Notes: generated by a model from the letters alone, not told the origin. A stretch of 20,000 nucleotides of DNA from an uncultured virus (IMG/VR IMGVR_UViG_3300020576_002679) (IMGVR_UViG_3300020576_002679); one strand, 5' to 3'. Positions 1 through 7,694 are shown, counted from the first letter of the stretch. A program made the numbers and translations.

Positions 1-16
1 TTTGACCCGCTATAAA

Positions 17-316
17 TTAGGCACGTATCGGAATCACGAGAGGTATATCACGGAACGCTGTCGCAGCGGAGGCGATACCCTTCTCTCCTTTATCCAAAGG
101 GAACGTTTGATGAGCCTCAAAATCAATGAGCTCTTTTGTTACGAATATTTCTAAATCGGAAATCTCATCATATGGATTGAATACAGGTAAAGTAGCTTCT
201 GTCAAGTCATTGGTGCCGGCAACAACAATCAAGGCCGTATCATCTGTAACGCAGGTATGCAGGAGAGCAGATAACCCCGCTCCACACATTCCTATTATGA
301 TTATTCCTCTTGACAT
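17..316 (-). CDS. hypothetical protein (99 aa) with hydrophobic N-terminus
   Basis: ATG..TAA ORF on the same strand as all neighbours; N-terminus IIIIGMCGAGLSALL; no family recognised. Confidence 0.5.
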   Translation of the reverse strand: MSRGIIIIGMCGAGLSALLHTCVTDDTALIVVAGTNDLTEATLPVFNPYDEISDLEIFVTKELIDFEAHQTFPLDKGEKGIASAATAFRDIPLVIPIRA

Positions 317-343
317 TACAGATGCTTTTTGAATGATTAAAAG

Positions 344-430
344 AGCGGGGCTTCTGCCGGAAATCAGAAGAGTAATGGTCAGACTCAGTTTCCGTTTTCG
401 CCCAACACTTCAACTTACTACTTCCCCGCC
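344..430 (-). ncRNA. candidate structured intergenic RNA or terminator-like element
   Basis: On the minus strand GGCGGGG pairs with CCCCGCU, enclosing AGUAGU/AUUACU, GUUGGGC/GUCUGAC and the hairpin CUUCUG-N8-CAGAAG; followed by CUUUU. Confidence 0.35.
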
Positions 431-435
431 TTTAA

Positions 436-1269
436 TTAAAATCCTCCTTCCGGCAGTTCAGGCTTAGTAGCGCCTTTAACCGCCCACATTGCCGCAGTTT
501 CCATATCGTTCTGGGCACCGGTAAAGCCACGTTGAGCTAAACCGCTTAAAGATTGATTTGCAAAACTTACAGCAATATTGAAGCAACGCGCAGCTTCCGG
601 GTTAGTTGCGCGAGCTTCTTCCACTTCGCACACAGCCTTGAAGTCCTGACCAGTCTTTTTAGCATCCTCATCCGCTCTTCTTTCGATTTGTTGGATGAAG
701 CCCGCTGCCAGTGCCTTAAGTTCATTTACCTTCGCATGGCCGCCCGGATTGAACGAAATACCTACACGATATTCGCCTAAAGTCAATTTTCTAGGCAATA
801 AACCAGTTCCACTTTTAGGGTCCACTTCAGGCTCAGGCTGTTTATCACCTGCAAATACCTCCTCCTTTGCAACTTCTTCTACCAATTCTACCTTAGCAGC
901 CTTTAACTCTTCTTCGGTTTTATCCTTCAAAGCATCCACTACCGCGCAGAATAAGGCATCTTTCTTCTGCTGAAACACCGGCAATTCTTCGAACGGAACG
1001 ATACAAGGGTGCGTTTTTGCATCGGCATCCTTTGTTTCTCCGTAAACCCAACCGGCATCTACTTTGTCCTTCATCCAAGCATTGTGCTGTGCATCTTTGC
1101 CGGCTTCAGGGTTATCTAAACGGAACTCAACGCCCTTGATAGCGCTTTCACGCTGCCATTCTTCGGCTTCGTCCCAATCCTTTTGTGATGTGTCACCGTT
1201 GGCTTCACACCACGCTTTGTTTGCCTGATGGCAAACGATGGCGATTAATACTACCATTTCTTTGTTCAT
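436..1269 (-). CDS. RyR (ryanodine receptor repeat) domain protein fused to a C-terminal Acb2/Tad1-like helical hairpin domain (277 aa)
   Basis: The N-half has RyR hallmarks: QHNAWMKDKVDAGWVYGETKDADAKTHPCIVPFEELPVFQQKKD. The C-half reads TLGEYRVGISFNPGG..VNELK..R..METAAMWAVKGATKP, typical of Acb2/Tad1-like hairpins. The start is moved from 1356 to the ATG at 1269 (MNKEM), which removes the overlap with the upstream gene and follows an A/T-rich leader. Confidence 0.8.
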   Translation of the reverse strand: MNKEMVVLIAIVCHQANKAWCEANGDTSQKDWDEAEEWQRESAIKGVEFRLDNPEAGKDAQHNAWMKDKVDAGWVYGETKDADAKTHPCIVPFEELPVFQQKKDALFCAVVDALKDKTEEELKAAKVELVEEVAKEEVFAGDKQPEPEVDPKSGTGLLPRKLTLGEYRVGISFNPGGHAKVNELKALAAGFIQQIERRADEDAKKTGQDFKAVCEVEEARATNPEAARCFNIAVSFANQSLSGLAQRGFTGAQNDMETAAMWAVKGATKPELPEGGF

Positions 1270-1297
1270 GATATAATTGATTTGGTTAAAAAAACTA

Positions 1298-1942
1298 CTA
1301 AGTGAGCGAATCCAGGTGCCGGTAAATCCAACCCATTTCAGTATGACCGTTGCCATGCCATAACGCAGGAACGGTTTTATGAACGGTATTGATTATTGCG
1401 GAACCCTTAATTTGGAAATCGCTTTCAGGGCAAAATGCTATCGTTTGAAACAAACTGCAGCGGTAATCTAGTCTAATCGCGTTATCTTCTGCCTCCCGAT
1501 TTAGAAACCGGTCAGTTAAATAAACTTGATCGTTCAACTCATTTGTAGGAGGGTTTTTCTCATACATATCAATAAACGCCTGTATCTCTCCTCCCCATCC
1601 ACCACCGTTTACGAATCTCCATGGTGAATCATACTTAGGATATAAAGGTTCTTTATCTGCATGAGGATAACATGCGCGCTCCGCGGAGAATATCAAACCA
1701 TCAAAAAAATAGTCCGGCTGCTCCAACATAGCCACTGTGTCCCAAGCATCCGTATAAAGGAAATGAGAGTATTCGCGCTTAATACATGCTAGATGCTTAT
1801 ACGTTTCGTGTATCTTGCTGAGAAACCCATACCAAGGATGAACTATTATCTCATAATCCCACCCGAAAAAACCGAGCGACTTTTCCAGTTTATCACACTT
1901 ACCTCTATTGTCGGTAGTAGTTATTAGCTTCAACTTCTTCAT
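1298..1942 (-). CDS. PLOD/LH3-type glycosyltransferase domain protein (GT-A fold, like the N-terminal GT domain of procollagen lysyl hydroxylase)
   Basis: Ordered motifs FLYTDAWD, IFSAERACYP, RFVNGGGWGG, NDQVYLT, LDYRCSLFQT, WHGNG match the PLOD GT pattern (F.D.YD, FSAE..CWP, LNSG.FIG, DDQ, LD....FQ, HGNG). Confidence 0.8.
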   Translation of the reverse strand: MKKLKLITTTDNRGKCDKLEKSLGFFGWDYEIIVHPWYGFLSKIHETYKHLACIKREYSHFLYTDAWDTVAMLEQPDYFFDGLIFSAERACYPHADKEPLYPKYDSPWRFVNGGGWGGEIQAFIDMYEKNPPTNELNDQVYLTDRFLNREAEDNAIRLDYRCSLFQTIAFCPESDFQIKGSAIINTVHKTVPALWHGNGHTEMGWIYRHLDSLT

Positions 1943-2673
1943 AGCTTCTGATAGATTCTGTTATGAACTACGTTTCCTACAAATTTGTAATCGCCCGAAT
2001 CAACTAGCGGGACCATTATTTCAAGAGTTGCGGCAGTGCAGGCCGCAATACCCTGAAAGAAACCATACGGCATCCTCATATCTGCGCAAGCATCATCTAA
2101 CACCAAAAAACCATTGGCGTTCAATATCGGCATGTAATGTTTCATATCACTAATTACAGCATCGTAAGTATGGTCCCCATCAATATAGAGAATATCCACC
2201 TTCAATTTTTGCGCCTCTACGATAATAGAAGGTAACATAGAAGACCCGTGAAGAATGTTGTAATCCTTCTCAATTCCGAAATGGTCGTGCAGAAGCGCGA
2301 TATCTGCCGCATAATCCGACTCCCAATTATCACCGGAAGTATCAAGAGGGGTTACACCGTATCGAATTACCGTCTTCCCCTGCATATCAGCTATCAGGCG
2401 AATCAATCCAAGTATTTGCCCGCGGAATACACCAATCTCCATAAAAGAGAATGTTTGCGGCATTTCTTGTATAATTAACCACCACATCCAAAGGAAAGAA
2501 CGCTCTCCAAATCCAAAAATCTTTTGTGGAGTATCGTTAGCGCCCTCCACAAAATCACGGTAAGCCTTTAGCTTAGGTGAATTGTTTACCAGTGAATCAA
2601 ATTGCTCCTTCACTGCATTGTGAAATTCGGGCGTATCAGTCCAGTTGTTTTGAAGTTCTACTAGATTTTGCAT
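1939..2673 (-). CDS. class I SAM-dependent methyltransferase (Methyltransf_24-like, probable sugar/small-molecule O-methyltransferase)
   Basis: FMEIGVFRGQ (SAM motif I), ILYIDGDHTYDAVISD, GFLVLDD; ATGA overlap with the downstream gene. Confidence 0.85.
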   Translation of the reverse strand: MQNLVELQNNWTDTPEFHNAVKEQFDSLVNNSPKLKAYRDFVEGANDTPQKIFGFGERSFLWMWWLIIQEMPQTFSFMEIGVFRGQILGLIRLIADMQGKTVIRYGVTPLDTSGDNWESDYAADIALLHDHFGIEKDYNILHGSSMLPSIIVEAQKLKVDILYIDGDHTYDAVISDMKHYMPILNANGFLVLDDACADMRMPYGFFQGIAACTAATLEIMVPLVDSGDYKFVGNVVHNRIYQKL

Positions 2674-3482
2674 GTATTTAGATTAAGGTCAATAAAAGGG
2701 TTATAATAAAGAGGTTCAGTTCCGTTGTAATAGCCATCACGAAGTTTGGCAAATGCCTCTCCGCTGCGCGATGCCTCATGCTGTTTCCAGTCCATGTATT
2801 TAGTTCCGCCCGGATCAATGTGAGAAATATCCACTCCGCACAGGAAAGCATTTTTAAAGCCTGCTACACGGCTACGGCAGGAAATATCTACATCGTCATA
2901 CCCATACAGTCCAGGCTGACGAAGATAGCCCACTTGGTCGAGCAGGGCGCTATTAAACATGGTGCACGTTCCCATGATATCCTCCGTTTGCTCCACAATC
3001 AACCATTTTTCACCGGGCTTGTGTGGAAGCATTACCAGTTTCGAACGGAAGAAGGAAGTTTCATGGTCGGGGAATTGTTGCAGGTCACGTCTTTTCAACC
3101 CTAGCACTCCTATAGCAGGGTCACGCTCTAGCGCATCCACCATATCATCCACCCAACTGTTAGGATAGTGAACAATAACATCGTTGTCAATCTTGATAAC
3201 GTGCTGACCGGGCTTACGGTACATGTTTATTCCCTGATTGATAGCGTAAGCAGTTCCTTTGTTATCTGTGTTAGAGATAACAGCAACATTCTCATTAGTA
3301 TTACAGAATCTATAGATAGCACTAACAGTTTCCTTACAAGAGCCATTATCTATAATCACAACTTTGTGATGTAGTAGTTGCTTCTGCAGTGTTCCGTAAA
3401 GCGTAGCAATAGTTAAATCAGTTCTGCCACTTCCTTCTAGGTCATGCACAGCCATACAAATCAATACTTCTTTCATATTCAA
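2661..3482 (-). CDS. family 2 glycosyltransferase (GT-A)
   Basis: VVIIDNGS, NKGTAYAINQG, DxD motif KIDND, GTCTMF..LLDQVGYL, YGYDDVDISCR..AG. Confidence 0.88.
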   Translation of the reverse strand: MNMKEVLICMAVHDLEGSGRTDLTIATLYGTLQKQLLHHKVVIIDNGSCKETVSAIYRFCNTNENVAVISNTDNKGTAYAINQGINMYRKPGQHVIKIDNDVIVHYPNSWVDDMVDALERDPAIGVLGLKRRDLQQFPDHETSFFRSKLVMLPHKPGEKWLIVEQTEDIMGTCTMFNSALLDQVGYLRQPGLYGYDDVDISCRSRVAGFKNAFLCGVDISHIDPGGTKYMDWKQHEASRSGEAFAKLRDGYYNGTEPLYYNPFIDLNLNTCKI

Positions 3483-3485
3483 AAT

Positions 3486-4019
3486 TTAAAATGGTAAATC
3501 ATCATCCTCTGCAGTAGTATAACCAGTCCACACCTTTGCATTAATCTGCTCCACCTGAATACGGAACTGCTCGATGCACTGCGTCCACACAGTAACATAC
3601 TTCTCCTTTCCTACTTCTATTTTGTTTGGCTGAATATAGTCCACTGTGCGACCTATCTTCTCCTCCCCCTGTTTCAACCAACAGAACGAAATTTTTTCAT
3701 TCTTTTCAGAACCCGACACCCCGATTGTTATCGCCTTGTCAAAGTCCTTTACGTTGTTAATGCGGTCAAAGAAGCCCAACGCATAAAAAGATTCTGCCGT
3801 GAAGGTGAGTAAGCAGGTTTCATCTGTCTTTTCATCTTTCAAAGTTACACGGACCTTATCCATCGGCTTTCCCTCAAAGTCATCTTCGAAGATTTCTACC
3901 TTTTCCAGTTTGCCGGAGTAGGCATAGGCGCTAATATTTTGTTTCTTGTTTACGAGCTTGCCGCAACTTACGTTTAAGTAAAGTTTTTTGCCGCCATCGC
4001 CCTGAGAGTGCATACCCAT
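3486..4019 (-). CDS. putative single-stranded DNA-binding protein (non-canonical phage type)
   Basis: Beta-rich sequence ending in the acidic SSB-type tail EDDDLPF; adjacent to RNase H. Confidence 0.55.
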   Translation of the reverse strand: MGMHSQGDGGKKLYLNVSCGKLVNKKQNISAYAYSGKLEKVEIFEDDFEGKPMDKVRVTLKDEKTDETCLLTFTAESFYALGFFDRINNVKDFDKAITIGVSGSEKNEKISFCWLKQGEEKIGRTVDYIQPNKIEVGKEKYVTVWTQCIEQFRIQVEQINAKVWTGYTTAEDDDLPF

Positions 4020-4031
4020 AGTGTTACGTTT

Positions 4032-4691
4032 TTACCAAATGATTTTAATGAATAATGATTGATTGAATTCTTGTTCACTTACTGCAATTAAGTCCCCGGA
4101 GGCACCCTGATACGCCCGCTTCAGTAATATATTCCCGCTGCCCTCTAGCTTCGCATACACCTTATACACCTTTGTGTAAACACTACCTTCCGCCCTAGCT
4201 GCCACGCTATCGCCCGCCTCCGCCTCTTTATAGCTGATAAGCTGTCCGTCCTTGAACTGCATAGCCATCTTCCTAGCTGTAGCGTCTGCCAGTTCATTAA
4301 ACGGGTTACCGGCATGGCCTACTATATACTTGAATTTAGGCTTTAGCTTCATACCTAACACAAATATCTGTTTGAGTAGAGATAAGTTAGCCCACCCTTC
4401 GCAGCCCTTCCAATCTTTTTTCCCCATCACCCACGTTCTTTCAATATACTCTAGCGCCTGATGAGAATCAACATGGAATATGATATCTGTAGGCGTATTC
4501 TTTTGCTCATCTGCCCAACGCAATGCCTCCAATATTGCCATTACCTCCATCTGTAAAGCGGAAGTGTGACAAGCTCCACCGGAGCGAATAACTGTGTTTT
4601 GAGAAATGGCTACTTCATTAGTAGCTACAAAAGCCCATCCACCGGGTCCACCAGGGTTAACTAAACAGGAACCGTCTGTATAAAATCTCAT
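4032..4691 (-). CDS. rnhA: ribonuclease HI with a C-terminal extension
   Basis: FYTDGSC..NPGGPGGWA, QMEVMAILEAL, HVDS, GHAGNPFNELADATA: all four DEDD catalytic residues and the His are present. Confidence 0.9.
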   Translation of the reverse strand: MRFYTDGSCLVNPGGPGGWAFVATNEVAISQNTVIRSGGACHTSALQMEVMAILEALRWADEQKNTPTDIIFHVDSHQALEYIERTWVMGKKDWKGCEGWANLSLLKQIFVLGMKLKPKFKYIVGHAGNPFNELADATARKMAMQFKDGQLISYKEAEAGDSVAARAEGSVYTKVYKVYAKLEGSGNILLKRAYQGASGDLIAVSEQEFNQSLFIKIIW

Positions 4692-4936
4692 TTTGTAGAC
4701 TTTTTTCTTTTGCTTTTCTGCTCCGATACCTCATCTAAACTTTGACAAAGGTCACTGTAAGACTCTGCTTTCTGATTCAAGATGATAACCTTAATGCCAT
4801 AAACATAACCGTAATCAAGAAACCCGCCACTAACGGCCTTGTCAATCTGACTGCGCTTCCGCTTTACAGCATCCGCAAACCCCTGAACTAAAATAACAGG
4901 TATGTTGGTAGTTACCTTTACTTTAACCTCAGACAT
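4688..4936 (-). CDS. small basic hypothetical protein, possibly DNA-binding
   Basis: 82 aa; FADAVKRKRSQIDKAVSGG resembles a short helix-turn-helix; basic tail; overlaps both neighbours. Confidence 0.55.
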   Translation of the reverse strand: MSEVKVKVTTNIPVILVQGFADAVKRKRSQIDKAVSGGFLDYGYVYGIKVIILNQKAESYSDLCQSLDEVSEQKSKRKKSTK

Positions 4937-7001
4937 CGCTATCGTTTATAATTACCGGTAATCTGTAATAGCTATTACCCTCAATATGAAATCTTGTTTC
5001 TTCTTCCTCACATTTAATACTGTTAGAAGCACCTAGCATCCAAAAACAGTTTCCGGCATAATGCTTTTTCTGTCCTGCATCTATCACTAATCCAACGGAC
5101 TCATAACCCTCAAGAATTTTAATATAGCATGACCCCCACTCTATAACGAGTTTTTGCATTATCGTTTCAGTAATGGCAAAATCAGGAATACATAGTAGCA
5201 ACGCAATTCCATCAGGATTTTCACCGCACCAAGTAAACATATACTTCTGTGCCTTATCTACGGCAGTTCCCAAGGCAGCATATTCTTCTACCCGGTTAAA
5301 GAATGAATCTTTAGGGATGATATTACCTACCGTATCTTTTGGAGTAAAGCAGCCTATCGCTGTTTCTGCTTCCGGTAACAGACCTGACATGGCAAGCATA
5401 TTGAGCGCCATTTGAGTATTCTCATTTTTCAAGTTACCCGAAACAAACACACCTATCTTTCTCATAGGGAAGAACTTTTTAGTATCGGGTGCGTTCACTT
5501 CCTTACGGCTAATTTCATAAACCTTCGCACCTGCTTTACCTACCCACATTTCAGCCTCATAGCGATTGTCACGCTTTAAACTGAGGATAGGAGGAAGGAA
5601 TTTTATATAGTTAGTACGGAACCAAAAGAAGTTTCCCGAGAAATGGTCCTCCCATGTGTTTTGAGCCAAAAGCCAGTTACAGCCGGCTAGCTCATAGCCT
5701 GCATCTAGCGCGCAGATGCTTTTCTTCCACAGGCGCAGATTGTAATGATTAAGATAGTCCCGCCAGTTCTTACAGCTATCGCGCTGCTTCGTTACTCCCT
5801 TAGTATGGAAGTAAAACCCGTAAAACTCCTTTTCCGTTTTATCGGCATCCGCTTTTATTAAGTCCAGTGCAGGGAACTCAAACACCTTTGCATCGGTAGT
5901 ATAATAAACTACTTCTACCTTTTTATAGGAACGCATCAATTTCCGAAAACTATCTAGCTCCACCGCGTTACCAACAAACGAAACTTTAATAAGCTCTAGC
6001 CTGTCATACAGGCCCGAGTTTGATATGATAGCCATTTGCTCACAAACTACGTCCCCCCAATTATTAGCAGCCATTACATGCCAGTAGCCCACTACCTTAA
6101 TATCCTTAGATGGAATACGGTTTTTAGCATCGCTAGTAAGAACAAAGTCAGCAGCAATACCGAAAGCACGTCTGTAATACGCAACCAGTTTGTTATAGAA
6201 ACGAGCTAATCGGTAATCGTTTTCATTACCGAGCTCCGAGCCCGCAAGAGAGAACGCAGCATAACCATGGTATAGAGTTTCCTCCGTCCAGTTCTGATGG
6301 TGCATGGTTATAAAAACAGGGTAAAATACCTTTGCCGGTTCAGGTGCAGGATATAGCCCCTCAATAGCACAGGCCATATTTATACAGAACTCTTCTGTCT
6401 TCGAACGGTGATGCTCTACATACCCGGTGAAGGTTTTATCTTTCCATACCCGCAAAGCAGTTGAAAACAAACGTTCAGCCGCTACCGACTTTCTAAAGAA
6501 CAGAAAAGAAGCATTAATCTGAGGAAGAAGATTGTTGGCCGGCACCATAAAGTGATTCATAGCAGGTTCAGGCTTTCCGTCCTTTACCCACCATGTATAT
6601 TTATCTGATGATTTGCCGCCTCTTTCATAGAAGCCCGTTGTCATGGCTAGAAAATCCTTTCCACCCTCACACTTATTAAACAGTGCAGCAGCGCCTTTAC
6701 CCGGAAGTATTAATGTATCGGCATCCAGTAAAATAGTTTCCTCAAATGGCGATAATTCATACGCAAGAAGTTTGGCGTACATTGCCCGGTGAAGATTTAC
6801 ATGGTAATCTTTTAACCGCTCACTGATATCCCTGCAATGTGTGAAGAAAGAGGAGCGAATAGATACTGATGCGGGTAAGCCCTGATGAAGGAGCATAACA
6901 TCAATATCGTTTGATTTGTTGGCGCGTATAGATAGGCACAGATTCAATGCCATTTCGCAGTATTTATCTCCTAGCGCAACTATTACTATTCCTTTGCTCA
7001 T
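4929..7001 (-). CDS. multidomain glycosyltransferase-like protein (690 aa): N-terminal GT-A (GT8-like) domain, a central HTKG/HFSGNFFW domain and a degenerate repeat of it
   Basis: AKLLAYELSPFEETILLDADT (DxD) and QINASFLFF; then YFHTKGVT..WRDYL..HFSGNFFW..RYEAEMWVG; then a third segment with HYAGNCFW. Confidence 0.75.
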   Translation of the reverse strand: MSKGIVIVALGDKYCEMALNLCLSIRANKSNDIDVMLLHQGLPASVSIRSSFFTHCRDISERLKDYHVNLHRAMYAKLLAYELSPFEETILLDADTLILPGKGAAALFNKCEGGKDFLAMTTGFYERGGKSSDKYTWWVKDGKPEPAMNHFMVPANNLLPQINASFLFFRKSVAAERLFSTALRVWKDKTFTGYVEHHRSKTEEFCINMACAIEGLYPAPEPAKVFYPVFITMHHQNWTEETLYHGYAAFSLAGSELGNENDYRLARFYNKLVAYYRRAFGIAADFVLTSDAKNRIPSKDIKVVGYWHVMAANNWGDVVCEQMAIISNSGLYDRLELIKVSFVGNAVELDSFRKLMRSYKKVEVVYYTTDAKVFEFPALDLIKADADKTEKEFYGFYFHTKGVTKQRDSCKNWRDYLNHYNLRLWKKSICALDAGYELAGCNWLLAQNTWEDHFSGNFFWFRTNYIKFLPPILSLKRDNRYEAEMWVGKAGAKVYEISRKEVNAPDTKKFFPMRKIGVFVSGNLKNENTQMALNMLAMSGLLPEAETAIGCFTPKDTVGNIIPKDSFFNRVEEYAALGTAVDKAQKYMFTWCGENPDGIALLLCIPDFAITETIMQKLVIEWGSCYIKILEGYESVGLVIDAGQKKHYAGNCFWMLGASNSIKCEEEETRFHIEGNSYYRLPVIINDSDV

Positions 7002-7023
7002 TATATCAATACAATTACTGTTT

Positions 7024-7047
7024 CAAATATATAACTGCAATTATATA
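7024..7047 (-). promoter_or_regulatory. Bacteroidota-type -7 box (TATATTTG) overlapped by a 20-bp near-palindrome
   Basis: Minus-strand TATATTTG at 7024-7031, 22 nt upstream of the GT start; TATATAACTGCAATTATATA (7028-7047) is 18/20 palindromic; no clear -33 TTTG. Confidence 0.55.
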
Positions 7048-7050
7048 CTT

Positions 7051-7086
7051 AAAACAGGAAAGCCGCCAGTTCCCCTGACGGCTTTC
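7051..7086 (-). terminator. rho-independent terminator after the 7114-7629 gene
   Basis: Minus strand GAAAGCCGUCAG-GGGAA-CUGGCGGCUUUC (12 bp, one G-U pair) followed by CUGUUUU. Confidence 0.8.
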
Positions 7087-7113
7087 TTTCCACATTAAAG
7101 AAGATGAATGTTA

Positions 7114-7629
7114 TTAAATCAATACACCGGGTCCAGGGTAACCAACACCTCTATTGGTATTAGTTTGATCGCCCTCTACAGTAAGAATCTTGCTGTCCTT
7201 TTGGGTAATTCCACCATCCAAGTAAAGATTTGTATCACCGGTATCAGCTTTTAACTCGCGCTGCGTAATTCGGTCATCATTAATGATAACAGTTTTATAC
7301 GGAGTCTTTAGCTCATTGTAAATGTTCACCGCTTTCAATCCTGTATATTTACGAAGAGCGTTAGTGTAAGTAGCTAACCAAGTATATAAATCATCAATAG
7401 TTTGACCGCCAGTGCGGAATACATATACTGACTCTCTGATAGCATACGGTTGACGGTAATGAATTTCGAATACCGGAATCTTATTATCGTTTTCATCTAG
7501 CGCCTGAGAAACAAGTGCAAGATTAATATAGTCCGTATTCAAATCGGCTAAGTAAGGACCCGGTTGAACATATTCACCGTTTACAATAAACGCAGTGGTT
7601 ATAGGAAAGAACTTGTTTTGTGCAGACAT
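7114..7629 (-). CDS. hypothetical protein (171 aa), apparently monocistronic
   Basis: Clean ORF with its own promoter upstream and terminator downstream; no family recognised. Confidence 0.75.
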   Translation of the reverse strand: MSAQNKFFPITTAFIVNGEYVQPGPYLADLNTDYINLALVSQALDENDNKIPVFEIHYRQPYAIRESVYVFRTGGQTIDDLYTWLATYTNALRKYTGLKAVNIYNELKTPYKTVIINDDRITQRELKADTGDTNLYLDGGITQKDSKILTVEGDQTNTNRGVGYPGPGVLI

Positions 7630-7694
7630 GGTTAAAGTTTTTACCTAGCGGTTGGAGTAATGCAGGTTACAGGAGCAATTCTGCAAGGACGATT

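Noticed and set aside
344..430. tRNA gene (87 nt, 7-bp GC-rich closing stem with adjacent hairpin)
   Set aside because: No TTCRA T-loop, no D-arm or anticodon arm geometry, no CCA; kept only as a generic structured RNA candidate
1270..1356. N-terminal 29-aa extension of the RyR protein given in the ORF track
   Set aside because: It overlaps the 3' end of the PLOD-type GT gene; the ATG at 1269 has a typical leader and sits just before the RyR domain
1939..2673. DNA methyltransferase of a restriction-modification system
   Set aside because: No DPPY/NPPY or PC motif; EIGV..G and IDGDH..D are typical of small-molecule/sugar methyltransferases
4032..4691. Retroelement or transposase (RNase H fold)
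   Set aside because: The sequence matches cellular-type RNase HI; no reverse transcriptase, terminal repeats or integrase in the window
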